DNA of 64,000 bases from Eledone cirrhosa (GCA_964016885.1 OZ024745.1:133362001-133426000); one strand, 5' to 3'; counted from the stretch's first letter, positions 39,340 to 55,153 are shown. A program made the numbers and translations. Notes: generated by a model not told the origin, from the sequence alone.

Positions 39340-39650
39340 CAATCAATAACTACATACGTCACAGATCCATCGGTAGATTTAGAATATATATCCAATTCTA
39401 ATTCATTATTCTATGTTATTACTTCTGCGTCCAAGAAAGTGAGTGTCTCATTACTGCACCTCGTTAATTGAATGTAATGAACCTCTTTTTATTTGAATTC
39501 ATTAAGGCGATCAAGATTTTCCTTCCATAAAATGAAGCAATCGACCAAGAACCAACATCTACTGAATGTGAAGATTGTTGAATCGTAACATTTTCCAGTT
39601 TTATCAATGAAGCAATTATACAACGGGAAAAATGCTCGGATGAATACGGG
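39340..39650 (-). pseudogene. decayed Penelope-type reverse transcriptase fragment
   Basis: minus-strand FLVDCFILWK (cf. R[FY]xDDxFxxW) and LTFLDAEVI..ELDIYSKSTD (cf. LPFLD..DIYxKPT). Confidence 0.65.
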
Positions 39651-41565
39651 AATACCTTTTATAATCATATATCTTTGAAATTAAATGCATTAGGATTTAA
39701 CAGCCAAATATTTCTTACGCCTATTGTTATGTAACCATCACTTATTTACGAATTGAAAATAAAATAAATCATGTCTATTATAATAATTCGCTGTTATATA
39801 AAAGCGTTATTAAACCCATTGTTATGGAAATCAAATAGTCATCACATATATTTGTCAAAAACAAACCGTGAAAACATCGATACGTTAGAAACAGGTTAGT
39901 TTATATTACATTCTTTGCATTTTAATGAACCTTAAATTGATGTGAAATTACGTAAAATATTTAGTATATAATATTTTATTGCATTCTCTATATAGAATAT
40001 AGTTTCTATTAATATCTGAAATATTTTCAGTCAATCTCTCTCTCTTTCCTCTCTTTCTCTCTCAGTATACTTATATACATACATACATGCAATAATTTAT
40101 TAGTAAGAGAAATTACATTTGAACAGGGTAATAGCTTATATTCAAATATTTATAAATATCGCAAGGAACAAATGCTTGCCGATATTTCCCTTAACGCATT
40201 AAGAACGAAAAGTATTAATATTTAGACATTTTGCGATTTAAATTAATATCTGTTTGCTTCATTTCACTGTAATACTAGACACTCTGATATTTCTAAAATT
40301 GCAAATTGTTGTTATTTAAAGAGAACCCAGCCAATTACTAGTTTTGTATAGCAAACACTATATCGAACGTCATTTATATTCCCAATAAATACTGCGGAAC
40401 TATGAATTATTCCTGTATAGTTGAAAGCCGTTTGTACATCTGAACGTTTCCATTCAATTTAATGTAACTGCTTATTTTCAGAAACATCAAATCGTATTAG
40501 ATATTCATAATATGAAGTCCATGCATAATTCATCCGCTATAGAATACGCCATACAGAAAATCCTTCAAAATGACGATTATTGTTTCGCCTAAGAAATGAC
40601 GAATTTTGCTATAAAATCGAAGATGTTATATTGTAGGTCTTAATCATATAAAATACACTGGGAATCTCGGCCGCATAGATTTCGAAATTTAACGGGAATT
40701 TGCGACCAAAGATGCAGTTGCCATATATATTAAAACGTTTGTTGATGTGATCTCTCCTTACCAAAGAGATTTAACATTGCAGCCTATATTATATAACAAT
40801 GTATGTTGAAAGTTGATACACTTACAATCTTTTCTTCTCAACATTTTAACCAGCCACCAACACGAGAATTCTAAAATATAGCTTGCAGTTTCGATTAAAA
40901 TTGTCCACATAAATATTAAGAGAGACTTGATATACTTACCTATAAATTACTCATCTACGACATTCTGTAAGTTACGTATAACTGGACATTACCAGGATTT
41001 TTGCAGCTGCAGTGCATACGTGAAGAATTATTTACGAGATATCATGTGATTCAATACGGACATTTCATTACATAACTCATTACGAACCCTACCTGAAATT
41101 AACGTTATGTCATATAAGAGTAAACACTCAAAGCGTGGCTTTCTCTACGACCAAGTTTGTTTGACATCAAATGATAGTTAACATGTCTCAACTCCGAAAA
41201 TTAACATGCATAATCTTTCAGAATTCATACAATCAACCTCCATATGATCACAGAAATAAATACATTGAAACGTCGAATGTTAAATATATTCATAGATTGA
41301 TACTTCATTACAAATATATAACTTTTCTTTCTCTAACGGGTGTGTACCAATTACTATTAGTCTAATTATTTCCGATAACAACAAAGTTGCAGGTAGTTCA
41401 ATATAGTTCACAACTCCCAAATAAGATAAGAGCGATTCTACACCATCAAAAATCTCGAAACAATCGTATTACAAATTTCAGACGTCGGAGACAACGAAAA
41501 CAACCAAGGTAAATTTTCATATAGATGGAAGTACCTCATTCCATTTTATTGCTGGTAAAGCAATA

Positions 41566-41756
41566 TAATTGTTTCTACTTTAGGCACAAGACCAGCAATT
41601 ATCCCATTGTATTACTGGTACTTTATTTTATCGACCCCGTAAGGATGAAAGGCAAAGTTAACCTCGGCGGGATTTGAACTCAGACCATAAAGGGCCGCAA
41701 CTCTATGCTGCAAACCATGGCGTCCCACACTCTACCGATTCTGCCAATCCACCGTC
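41566..41756 (-). mobile_element. tRNA-derived SINE (octopus-like, Nin/Deu-type central domain)
   Basis: A box tggcagaatcgg, B box gagttcaaatcc, gcctttcatcc..ggggtcgataaaat, tail ccttgtgcctaaagtagaaacaattat. Confidence 0.88.
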
Positions 41757-44420
41757 CGTCTCTCTTATAAAGGCAATATAATGGAAGCATATAGATATCC
41801 ATTATCGCCACAGAAAAACTCATATATTGATTAGAAATACCAAACTAGAAATACTGTGACAAATCACTGTGAAATTCCGTTGACTATCTATACAGATCCA
41901 GATTTATGACAAATTATGTGTAAGCGCTTGAGGAACGTCTGAATTTCTAACATAACTAGATGAAAAATACCTATTTTAAGAGTCTTAGGTTCCAAATGAT
42001 TTATTAATATTTTTTTTCGATATGTCGTATTACATGCCAATTCCTATATAATTGATGCTCTGGTTTGTGTTACATATTTTCCACAGTAGTTCCGCAATCT
42101 ACGTGAGATAGGGTAATTTACCTTATTCTAAAATTAATCATCCCTATCTAATGTATATATTGCACATATCCCCAATTGGAAACAAGATAATGCCAATGAT
42201 AAATGGGCACATTACAACCTAACTGAAACCTGCATCTAATGTCGTGTTTCCTTATGTATTTACATAACATTCGATTTAATGGACTCTCCATTCTAATTCT
42301 TCAATTCCATAATTTATACTGATTAAAATATTGCATTGCTAATTATTGGCAGCACATCAAATATATATTATACCTCTGCCCAATAACTGGCGTGAATTGC
42401 CTTTTTAATAGATAGAGATGTATCTGGTTATTATACATGGAATAAACTAGTAACGAGGTGATTCGCCTGCAGTTTAATGGACAGCGTTTCAACGTATTAA
42501 AAGAACAAACACCAGTTCCTATGATATTGATAAATCCACAATATGTTCATATGTAACAAAATTATATTACTTGATGAAAATAGCTTACAGCATTTACGCA
42601 GATGTTTTAGATGGAGTTTAAATCTGCAAAGGTATATTCTTAAACTACTTGTTAGTATGTGTAATTATGAGGTGGCGGCACTGAATTCCTGCCCTTCCAC
42701 GTGCTTCTAAAATGTAAAAATTACCATCCGCACTCCCGGCTAAATATCATTGTACTGGAGATCTTAACTTCAAGTGAGTTGTTAAGGAGTTGTTTCTTAT
42801 ATATTCCTAAATTAATAGTTATATAGAATGCTACCATTAAATGATAAGGAATTGATAATATATGTTCACTGAGTTTTCTGCTCGTATTTTGTAGTATCTA
42901 CCAGTTGATTTCGATATCTGTCTAAGAGAATGATCAGCTGAATAAACGTCGTGGTTTTATACCATCGAACTGATATAGAATCGTGCATTCACTTTCAAAT
43001 TGAAGAGAATATATTATGCTCAAGTATGCTCTCATACATTGGCAATGTTCGTGAATAAATGCCATCACTGCAAATGAGCAGTTAATGAATTCAAATAATA
43101 ATTACATATGTTCTGATGAATCAGTTTGTGACAAAAATATTAATATAGATTAATAAAATTTATCAGAAATCCCAAGGCGTACTGTTCGGTGACATAAGTG
43201 GGTAGTATTTGACTCAATAAAAAATGTGATTAATAGATAAAGGTATATTCTCTACAAGTTGATACAATTTCCCATGCTGTGAAATTAATATCAGCATAGG
43301 GAATTATCACTTTGAGTCATCAAATAATATTGTAAGTTGCATAAACTCGACAATGTATTACAAACACGCAATCATATTACAATTTGATTTAAAATTACAT
43401 CGTTTTATATAACAAATATTATATCAGCGTTTTTTTAATATTTTCGGTGATTCTTTCTTCTGTGATTTCCCTATGACATTTTTTTAGATTACACCATATC
43501 TCCATCTGAAACTGTGGAGAATATAACATTTGTCTTCAATATGTATGTGATTAGCATCAATTTGTAAACAGTGCAATAGGTGTCTCGGTCTGTTCCTCCC
43601 TTATATTCCATTTCTCTAACGATGATCAATAGGAACTTTCTAGATATTACATAGCGAGACGTTAAAAGTATATAATCAAGAAAATAAACGAAGTACAGAA
43701 AAGACGTAAAAGAATACACATCAATGAAATTATTATCCCGGTTGTACACGATTAGAACCCATAAGAAAGAGTATAAAAGGCAGCTAGAGCATTAACTAAA
43801 CAATATAAATATGGCAAATAAAAATATTGGAGTTTATTATGCTCAAGAGGACAATGTGAAAGAGGCAATTTATGAAAGCCAGTTATATATAAAGTAGATA
43901 ATTAGAAATATATAGGCCAGATAAGTAATATTCCAGATACGGAGTAAAATGTGAGAACAAGAACATTCGTCGGATGGAATTGTTTTAGCCGAATATTTTA
44001 AAACAGATAATTAGCAATATCATTGAAAGGGGAAATGTTCAACCAATGCGCTGTGCCAACTGTAGTATACAGGTGCAGAATATGATGGTTATATCATAGG
44101 ATGATTACATCATATGATGGTTACATCATAGGATGGTTACGTCACATGATGGTTACATCATCGAACCAAAACAAGCCAATGGCAGAAATATGAGGAAAGA
44201 GAAAGGAAGGAATACGATGAGGTAATGCTATATCTCAGAAAATAGCTTAATTAAAAGGGATGTGGGTAGGTGATATAACCATAAAAGCGAACAACGATTG
44301 ACAAAGAGGGTCGGAGAAGGATGGACAGATAGAAGTTGAAGGGACGATACCAATGAAGGTGTGCTCAGGAGGTAGATGACTAGATAGGACAATAATGGAA
44401 ATAAACGGACAGTAAATAAT

Positions 44421-44603
44421 TATTTCTACTTTTGGCACAAGGCCAGCAATTATCCCAGTGCATTACTGGTACTTTATTTCATCGACCCCGAAAGGATGAG
44501 AGGCAAAGTCAACCTCGGCGGCATTTGAACTCAGACCATAAAGGGCCGTAACACTTTGCGTCAAAGCATGGCGTCTGACCCTCTACCGATACTGCCAATC
44601 CAC
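44421..44603 (-). mobile_element. SINE, full copy
   Basis: 15-bp TSD cggacagtaaataat at 44406-44420 and 44604-44618. Confidence 0.9.
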
Positions 44604-45727
44604 CGGACAGTAAATAATGAAATTGGTTTAATGCAGTAGAAGAGGCATTCGGGCTACATTTTCGATCAGAAGATAGCTTCCTGCTGCATCCTCATTAATC
44701 GGTGCGGTCAGATCAATGCTAATGGATGCGAGACTTCTTTTTCTGTAAAGGAATAAAATGTGACCTATAGAACAAAACCGTTTTATACACAACATAGGAA
44801 ATAACAAACACTACGCAGTAATATTCTTGTTACAGTTTCGTTATTCAACAATTATTTCACATTTATCCACTCAATTTGCTTAGTTCTTATTGTTGTAAGG
44901 AGGGAGTAATGTGGTAAATAATCCTAGATTAAGAAATATGGAATACAACATTTTAAATCAAGGCTTTCTAAAGACAACTGTGATAATAAAAAGCGGCGGT
45001 AAGAAATCGGAGTCCAAATAGTGTTTATAACTAGGATATGACCTGACCACAGCTGTTTTATTTGTGTCTATAGTTGTTTCTATTGTCACTAGGCTGTAGC
45101 AAGTTGATTTATATTCATATTATGAGAAATAGAGCATTCATATTTTTTTCAAACTGCATTCATGTTAATAGTCATGGGAAATATTTTCAATGGGGTTATT
45201 AAAATCGGATGATTGCCTTACATCATATGCAGACTGTCTTTCTATAATCTCACTAACAATAATTCTGCTCAAAATATTCAAGTAATTACATTCTTTAGGA
45301 TATAAATATACATAATTTAGAGGATTCATGTTGTATTGCTGCTAGACCAAATCTTGGTTCAAACAGCATGTGTAAATTATTACATCAAAATATACATTCT
45401 TTACATTTAGATTTACTGGTGGGAAGACTGGGCTTCAGCTATAATTATGCTTCCTGCTGTGAATTGACAATTGAAGTAGCAAACTTTATGCCTGTTCAAA
45501 ATTACTAATAACATTTCAAACAAATTTAATAATGTGGAAATGGTACTTATTTATTATGGAAAAGGTGTATCCTGTAGCAGATAAATGGTTTTCTAAAATT
45601 ACTGTAGGTTCACCCATGTGAGCACTCGATGTTTAGATTCACGTCTGTAGTGAGGTGTAGAGCTAAACAGAGTGTAAATATAATAATAGAAGGACGATTT
45701 GTTATGCCTTCATTACGTTTATTGATT

Positions 45728-45811
45728 GGTGACGCGCGTTTCGCTATTGATCAGCCAACGGTTGAATGGTATTGATCTGGCCCGACTCTGGAATCAAAAG
45801 CTCGTCGGACC
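45728..45811 (-). ncRNA. type I hammerhead with long stem II, U4C variant
   Basis: minus strand ggt-CCGACGA-gcttttgat...atcaatagc-GAAA-cgcgcg-TC-acc. Confidence 0.6.
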
Positions 45812-45927
45812 TCTGCTGTTGTAATGACAGAATGAACATATAAAGTGTGATATCCTATGGATAGACGCAATACACTGCAACAGTGTAATATTATAATCGA
45901 ACAAACGGCAATAACCACACGTAACGA

Positions 45928-47810
45928 AACTGTGGAACTAGTACCAACTTTGACTATCAACACACGAACTGTGGAACTAGTACCAACTTTGACTATCAAC
46001 ACACGAACTGTGGAACTAGTACCAACTTTCACTATCAACACACGAACTGTGGAACTAGTACCAACTTTCACTATCAACACACGAACTGTGGAACTAGTAC
46101 CAACTTTCACTATCAACACACGAACTGTGGAACTAGTACCAACTTTGACTATCAACACACGAACTGTGGAACTAGTACCAACTTTGACTATCAACACACG
46201 AACTGCGGAACTAGTACCAACTTTGACTATCAACACACGAACTGTGGAACTAGTACCAACTTTCACTATCAACACACGAACTGTGGAACTAGTACCAACT
46301 TTGACTATCAACACACGAACTGTGGAACTAGTACCAACTTTCACTATCAACACACCAACTGTGGAACTAGTACCAACTTTCACTATCAACACACGAACTG
46401 TGGAACTAGTACCAACTTTCACTATCAACACACCAACTGTGGAACTAGTACCAACTTTGACTATCAACACACGAACTGTGGAACTAGTACCAACTTTGAC
46501 TATCAACACACGAACTGTGGAACTAGTACCAACTTTCACTATCAACACACCAACTGTGGAACTAGTACCAACTTTGACTATCAACACACGAACTGTGGAA
46601 CTAGTACCAACTTTGACTATCAACACACGAACTGTGGAACTAGTACCAACTTTCACTATCAACACACGAACTGTGGAACTAGTACCAACTTTCACTATCA
46701 ACACACGAACTGTGGAACTAGTACCAACTTTCACTATCAACACACGAACTGTGGAACTAGTACCAACTTTCACTATCAACACACGAACTGCGGAACTAGT
46801 ACCAACTTTCACTATCAACACACGAACTGTGGAACTAGTACCAACTTTGACTATCAACACACGAACTGTGGAACTAGTACCAACTTTGACTATCAACACA
46901 CGAACTGTGGAACTAGTACCAACTTTGACTATCAACACACGAACTGTGGAACTAGTACCAACTTTCACTATCAACACACGAACTGTGGAACTAGTACCAA
47001 CTTTGACTATCAACACACGAACTGTGGAACTAGTACCAACTTTCACTATCAACACACGAACTGTGGAACTAGTACCAACTTTCACTATCAACACACGAAC
47101 TGTGGAACTAGTACCAACTTTGACTATCAACACACGAACTGTGGAACTAGTACCAACTTTCACTATCAACACACGAACTGTGGAACTAGTACCAACTTTC
47201 ACTATCAACACACGAACTGTGGAACTAGTACCAACTTTCACTATCAACACACGAACTGTGGAACTAGTACCAACTTTCACTATCAACACACGAACTGTGG
47301 AACTAGTACCAACTTTCACTATCAACACACGAACTGTGGAACTAGTACCAACTTTCACTATCAACACACGAACTGTGGAACTAGTACCAACTTTCACTAT
47401 CAACACACGAACTGTGGAACTAGTACCAACTTTCACTATCAACACACGAACTGTGGAACTAGTACCAACTTTCACTATCAACACACGAACTGCGGAACTA
47501 GTACCAACTTTCACTATCAACACACGAACTGTGGAACTAGTACCAACTTTCACTATCAACACACGAACTGCGGAACTAGTACCAACTTTGACTATCAACA
47601 CACGAACTGTGGAACTAGTACCAACTTTCACTATCAACACACGAACTGTGGAACTAGTACCAACTTTCACTATCAACACACGAACTGTGGAACTAGTACC
47701 AACTTTCACTATCAACACACGAACTGTGGAACTAGTACCAACTTTCACTATCAACACACGAACTGTGGAACTAGTACCAACTTTCACTATCAACACACGA
47801 ACTGCGGAAT
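45928..47810. repeat. 39-bp minisatellite, ~48 copies
   Basis: unit actgtggaactagtaccaacttt(c/g)actatcaacacacga; only three dimorphic sites seen. Confidence 0.98.
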
Positions 47811-48832
47811 TAAACCGAAGCTGTAGCTGCCGTACAGCAAGTACTCTTCGATTTGTTTGAGACAATTACAAAGCACTCAATGGAGTGAAAATCTACAAAA
47901 CATTAATGTCCTGAGTAAACAACAGTTAAAAAGAATGACACTAAGAAAGCGACTGAAGTCACTGGCCATATATATATAATTACAGAATATTCTCCCCAGT
48001 TAAGTTATGATGTCAACCATATTTGACCCCAATATAATGTAACCATGAATGTCCCATCGAAGCAAAGTGAGATGTTTGATTGTAGAACCATGGCATACTA
48101 TTCCATGTTTTTTCACTTCTCCTAAACTACAGTCAAATACGTTTAGTTGAACTATTAAAATAAATAAGGTAATATTTATTACTTAATTACTTCAGTGTTT
48201 TTCGATCATGTCAAGGTACAAACTAAATTAAGATATCGATACCGGGATTAATCGATAGAAGTAATACAACTCCACAGTGTGTTAGAATTGATCAAATGCA
48301 TCCATTCGGATGTTCATTATATATGTGTGTATTTGTGTCTGTGTGTGTATGTGTGTGTATGTCTGTTTGTATTTGTGTGTGTGTGTGTATATGTGTGTAT
48401 GTGTGTGTCTGTATGTATTTGTGTGTGTATGTATGTGTGTGCCTGTATGTATTTGTGTGTGTGTGTGTGTGAATGTGTGTGTGTCTGTATGTATTTCTGT
48501 GTGTGTGTCTGTGTATATCCCTATTTATACTATTAATAGGTTCCTTATAATTATTAATTTCTATAAAGTGTAAAGCAATATTTCTTCTCAACATTATATT
48601 GGAGCTTAAAACAAGAAATACTCCATGAAAATACGTCAATGGTAAAGTTGATGAAAGAGAAAATTAATGCATGTGTTGTCATTTAGAGACATTCCAGGCT
48701 CAATCAAATATACCGCAGTTAAAATTATGCCGCTGCCGTTTCATTGTCGAAGAATGTGTATTGAAGGAGACATAAAATATACAACGAGCAGAGGAAAAGA
48801 CATACTTAGGCTTGTGATATATATATATATAT

Positions 48833-49115
48833 ATGGAGGAACTTATAGTTCACTTGAAGCATTGCGTAATGAGGTATAAACGTTTGAATTTGTAAGGCCA
48901 AACAATGCAGGTATGGGCATAGAATAAAAATGCAAATGCAAAAGATATTGTTGACAATTAGTCTTTAATCTTAGATTTATTTAAACGTCCTTAATTTTCG
49001 AGATAATATCATATCTCTTCTTCGGAGGGAAGTAAAGCGGTTAAACCAGTGTTCTAAATAGCTTGCCAAGTCATGCTCATGACTTGGCAAGCTATTTACA
49101 AATTCAAACGTTTAT
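48833..49115 (-). mobile_element. second copy of the 333-769 fold-back family, second arm internally deleted
   Basis: homologous tail and CCGAAGA motif; hairpin taaatagcttgccaagtcatg-ct-catgacttggcaagctattta; TA-flanked. Confidence 0.75.
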
Positions 49116-49210
<95 letters not shown>

Positions 49211-49323
49211 TGCAAAATACTAACAAAATATATATTCTTGTGATCAAGTATATTTTATTATACATATTTCAATCTATTGCAAAACTCATTCTTTGATTTA
49301 TTCATTGAAGCTTGTTTAACCTT

Positions 49324-49418
<95 letters not shown>

Positions 49419-49470
49419 GTTAAACAAGGTTTATGTGTTTAAAGGTTAAACAAGGATATGTCCCAAGGCT

Positions 49471-49724
<254 letters not shown>

Positions 49725-50690
49725 TCGTTGACAAATATATCAATGTGCCCATACACGCAGATATATCGCCCTTGGTATGACAGTGTGGTTTTAGCTCAAT
49801 GTAGGATAACTGGTATACTACAGAGCCGTTATAGCCGTTATAAAGCTCGGAACTGGAACTAATGTATGTTGTCCGTAGGGAGCTGATGAGATACGGAGGA
49901 TCGACCTGTTACAAGGCGATATAACTTTCCTATAGTCAATCCTACATGTAAAGCTGCACCACCGCTAACCAATACCCTTCTCACAGACTCATGCTTGCAA
50001 GATCTCTTAATCTGCCTGTACATCCTGTATTTACACTGCTTGTGCCTTGATTTGTTTGTTTCTTTTGTTTTTTTGTTTCTGCGTTTTTTATTGTTTTTGA
50101 TCATGCTGAGTAACACCTTCACTCATTCCCTGCTACCCTCATCTATTGCACCATGTAAATCATAAATTTTTGATGTGATCTTTGATGTAATTTTTTATGA
50201 CATTTTTTATGACATTTTATGACATTATATGCGTCATGAATTGTGTCCTTTTCTACATAGCGCTGGCCTCGAGACCCCCTGCTGGCTCTGGCTCTTTAAC
50301 CTTGTTCTGGTGACGCAGCTTGATGGAGTATGCAGCTATTGAATATACTCTTGTTTATAGGGTCTGATCATTCCTGCCTTAGAGTACGGATGAAACACTG
50401 TTACATAATAAAACAATGTATTTCTAAGCACTCTTTGGTTATTCCTATATATATATATATATGCATGTTTACATATATGTTGTAGATATGTACGTATAAT
50501 CACACATTTATCATGGGACTTAACTTCCCATCATATTTCTATTCAGTTCTTAGAACTTATAATTACCTTATTCTATATAACCATTAATATGTTTTACTGA
50601 ATGACAATACCTTTTCTAATCCCGCTCTACAAACCATGATGCTTTTTATCAACTAATATATCGTGTGTATTGCTTTTTTCTCATATATAT

Positions 50691-50787
<97 letters not shown>

Positions 50788-52549
50788 AGGAAAGGAATAT
50801 TTCTACTGATCCTTTTTTTCTATACTATATACCATGTTTCATACTCCTACCAATTTGTGAAATATTCTTTGTTACAACTATTTCAGTTTACTGATATTCT
50901 GTCCCGAATTCTATTAACCTTAAGCAATGGGATTTTTTATGAACCATAAAATTTAGGAGTTGAACGTTTCATATTGTATCGCAACTATTATGGTAAACAT
51001 GTCTTGTTTGAATATTTTATATCCCCAAATGTGTAATTGGTTTCATATAAAATAAATAGGTAAAAAATGCATGCCGCACTTCGCTACTTTTCCACAATAT
51101 CTAACATGAAATATTTTCAAAGCATTGACAAACATCCAAGCAAATGTTCAATTAGACAGGTTAACCTTTGTCTAGACCACATTTAGAATAACATTCTACT
51201 GAGAAACGGGCTTCAAATATATTTTTGGAGAATATATTGCATTTTTAAAATATTTAATAGGAAATGTTCCGTTGAAGCTGAATATATTGAACGCTAGAGA
51301 AATAGTGAAGTCACGACATTCTCAGTTAAATTACAAGATTATAATAACGAGAATAAATGATTCATTCACATTCATAAAGTTGTGTTTCAAAATTGCATGG
51401 TATCTTATGTCTGTAAAAGTCAAACTAATATTTCCCAATGCAATTTATCCCAAAATAGAATTTTCGTTACTACATAATTTATTTAAAATCTATATTATTA
51501 CAATGGAGACAACGTAAAAATTTGGCAATTCTCTTGTATATAATATGAATAAATAATCCGGTAGAATAGGAAATTGAAATGTACAATGTGGTATGTGAAT
51601 AGGTTTATTACTATAGAACTGTACTCAACCTATAGAGGTAACGCTTAGCATTAAGTACTGATATGTTATTAGAATTTGTCCACCGAAATAAAGTTGTTGT
51701 TTTTTTCCATTTTTCTTTTCAAGATAATTTGAAATATCTTTCATAAATACAATTTAATTGTTAAAGTAGCAATTTCCATTTCCCATTGAATATTCATATC
51801 GTATTTATTATTTTGTCTCTTCATTAATGAAACTAGAATAATTTGCAGAAATAACGTTCGCCAGTTAACTGCAATTCCTCATCGATAATCATAATATATA
51901 ACAACCCGTTTGGCTCACAAATCAGGTTTGTATTTGTGCTGTTAAAGCAAAATTATTTGTTATGTTAACATAACAGTTTGAACAGGAATTTTTATTTGTA
52001 CCACAGTGCAGTTCTGATGCTTGGAAATGAGTAGAAAGAGGCAAATGCTGTTATATTCATATTTTAGTTAGGCATAATGGCTAGATGCCCACACGTGTTC
52101 AGAATAAAGCCGTTAGTTACATTAAGAGGCACAGCATCTTCTTTCATAATTAAGATGGAGTTGCCCCACTGTTACCCAGAAAAATTGGAATTCACCAGGC
52201 GAGGGTATACAAAAGGTTTACTAACACTCATTGATAATGGAAAACAAGACATGTTTATATTATTTGCATGGATATGACGTCCTTGGCTGTTTCATGGTGG
52301 GTAATGTAAAATAATATCTTCAGCTACAGATAAACATTGTATGGCCGGAAGATGTCTGACCACGAATCAGAAGGACTGAAGGACAAGGAGAAGTTTACGA
52401 TAAGTGGCATTGCTTTCGTTAATTAGAATGACACGACTTTTATGGGTACAGCAATTGAAAACTGATGGCTTGAGAGGTTTGGAATACCTGTTAACAGTTT
52501 GATGGAATGGTGGAGTCTGATATATACATTTATGTGGATGCTTAATAAT

Positions 52550-52734
52550 TGTTTCTACTTTAGGCACAAGGCCAGCAATTACACAGTACATTACCTGTAC
52601 TTTATTGTATCGACCCCGTAAGGATGAAAGGCAAAGTTAACCTCGGCGGGATTTGAACTCAAACCGTAAAGGGACGTAACTATGCTAGAAAGCAGGCGTC
52701 GAACCCTCTACCGATACTGCCAATTCACCGCCCT
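52550..52734 (-). mobile_element. SINE, full copy
   Basis: 17-bp TSD tgtggatgcttaataat at 52533-52549 and 52735-52751. Confidence 0.9.
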
Positions 52735-53225
52735 TGTGGATGCTTAATAATGAATTCGGAAATGCAATCCAAATATTCGGCAGCACGTTCTGGGTATTGA
52801 ATTAGTAACAGCATTCTCGTACATGAAGTTCTCGTCGGATTTCATCAAACCTGTCTAATGTACAGCTGACTAGATACAATTTATTGTAATGCAGAAAAGG
52901 GTACTTAATACGCATGCGTGAGTTAATGTTTGATAGATGTTTATAACACACTACCATATCATTAAATCAGTTATATCAAAGTATATTTATGTCTCAATTA
53001 ACCTTTAAAACTTATTGGGTTGGTATAGTAATATAAATGTGATTTAATAATATTGTTGTTTTTAATAGTGACATGCATATTGAATAACAATAACAAATGC
53101 TGTATAATGAACATAAATGTATTGCTATATAGTCCATAGGGTAGATATAGCAAATATATATATATAGATAGATGACGTAACCAACATGTAGAAATGTATT
53201 CAATAGAAATGATTTAACTTCCACT

Positions 53226-53341
53226 TGAGTTCAAATCCCGCCGAGGTTAACTTACCTTTCATCCTTATGGGGTCGATAAAATAAAGTACCAGTAATGAAC
53301 TGGGTAATTGCTGGCCTTCTACCAAAAGTAGAAACAATTAT
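53226..53341 (+). mobile_element. SINE, 5'-truncated
   Basis: begins at B box tgagttcaaatccc; has tail. Confidence 0.85.
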
Positions 53342-54504
53342 ATAGAACATTATTGAACATTACTCACCTTGAAGATTGAAGAGGAAAATGGTATATATAA
53401 CTCTAACCATATCTCTAACCCACTTTACCTTAAAAAAGAAAGATGTGTAATCAACACTGTATTAACAACAGGAAGATAGTAATCCTCATGATGAATGGGG
53501 GATTCAATGTGCCAATGATAATCCGTTTAGATTTAACTATAAATTACATTTGGCTGTTGGTTCCATCAGCATTTGATCGTTGAAAATGACAGTTATATTA
53601 TACATTTTATATACTATTTTAGATATGAAAATCATTATAGATTTCAGCAAGAAAGTAATTAACATGCTTTTCTAAATATAAATCACTCCATTGATCACTT
53701 TGATATGCTTGGTTAAAATGGTTTTTGCCCTATCATAGGCGGTTGGTTCGTTGTTCATAATTCACTCCCCGCTGTTCCAAGTAAAATTGTGTCCACACTA
53801 CAGCTAGGAATAGCCTTACCAATAGACGGCCCAGCAAAGAATGTAACTGTACTATTAACCCCTTCAGGCTCATAAAGTCGAGATGACATGCAAAGCATAG
53901 AAAAAAGAGAGTAAATCGTATTTAGAGAAGAATATGTACTGCTGTGTCAGCCCTTTCCAACCAATGGTGTGCCTGTTCGTATTTGTAACGTCACAAGGTT
54001 ACATGAGGAACGTAAGACACATCTGTGAAAAGGTGAAAGAGACAACCGAAGAAAAACACATACTTAAATGATACCATAGTTAATACGTGTGTGTGTGTGT
54101 GTGAGTGGGTGTGTGTGCGTGTGATTCTGTGTGTGCTTCTGCATGCGCATGCATATATATCTGTGTGTGCGCGCATTAAAAGTTGTCTGTGTGCGCGGGC
54201 GCATGCACATATCTTTATGTGTGCCTGCATTCAAATGCGCCTGTGTGTGTGTGTGTGCGTGTATGCTTGAGTGACTGCGTGTTTTTTACTCTGTGTGTGT
54301 GCGCGCGCAGGCATATATGTCTGTGTGTGTCACATGAAAATGTGTCTGTGTGTGAGCGTTTACTGGTGTGTGTGTGCGCGCGCATGCATATATTTTTGTG
54401 TTTGTTTATGTGTTAATTTGGCTTTAAATCCTCGGTAGAATGTGTTGCAATATTGGTAGAGAACTTCCTCCCCCTGAAACTTGTTCTTGGTTGCTAAAGA
54501 AGTT

Positions 54505-54670
54505 ACTAACCCAGGATTGTGGCTGTGTTGTAGTAACCCAGGCTTGCTGTAGTAACCCAGGCTTGCTGTACTAACCCAGGATTGCTGTACTAACCCCGGA
54601 TTGTTGTACTAACCCCGGATTGTTGTACTATCCCAGGAGTGTGGCTTTGCTGTACTAACCCAGGATTGTG
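54505..54670. repeat. ~19-25-bp tandem repeat
   Basis: taacccaggattgctgtac-like units. Confidence 0.85.
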
Positions 54671-54934
54671 GTTTGCTCTATAGTTAAACAATTTCATAAT
54701 TTGTCTGGTGGAATCTGTTCTGGTTCTTCCGATTTTGACTTCGACTTCCAACCGTCTACCACAGCAGCCGACAATGAGGATGAAAGGCAAAGCAAACGTC
54801 GGAAGGATCTGAACTCAGAATACTGCCAATTCACCGCCCTAAAAGCAGTTTACAATAATAATAAGTAACAACACATACATGCTCACGATGTATATATATA
54901 TATAAATATATATATATATTTATATATTAAAAAC

Positions 54935-55069
54935 ATTTTTCCAATTCCACCACACCCGTCACTTCAATCTTTCCGATTTCTCATTCTTTCTTCTGATGAA
55001 GGACAGGCGTTAACCTAATATACTCCTTCCATATACTGTACCGATTGTGCTGTATTTCGGTTTACCTTC

Positions 55070-55072
<3 letters not shown>
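54935..55072 (+). mobile_element. Neptune-type PLE 3' fragment with deleted hammerhead
   Basis: ttctttcttctgatgaagga..gcgttaacctaatata..tgtaccgattgtg, as at 33020-33120. Confidence 0.65.

Positions 55073-55153
<81 letters not shown>

Noticed and set aside
41566-41756. tRNA gene
   Set aside because: A and B boxes belong to a multi-copy SINE; no cloverleaf.
43488-43541. Possible small host exon (tttttag...gtatgt; YTISPSETVENITFVFN)
   Set aside because: Splice-like signals only; no homology or neighbouring exons can be supported without RNA-seq.
45751-47865. 704-aa and 667-aa ORFs, or a CRISPR array
   Set aside because: They come from a 39-nt (13-codon) tandem unit lacking stops in those frames; there are no unique spacers, no cas genes and no domain.
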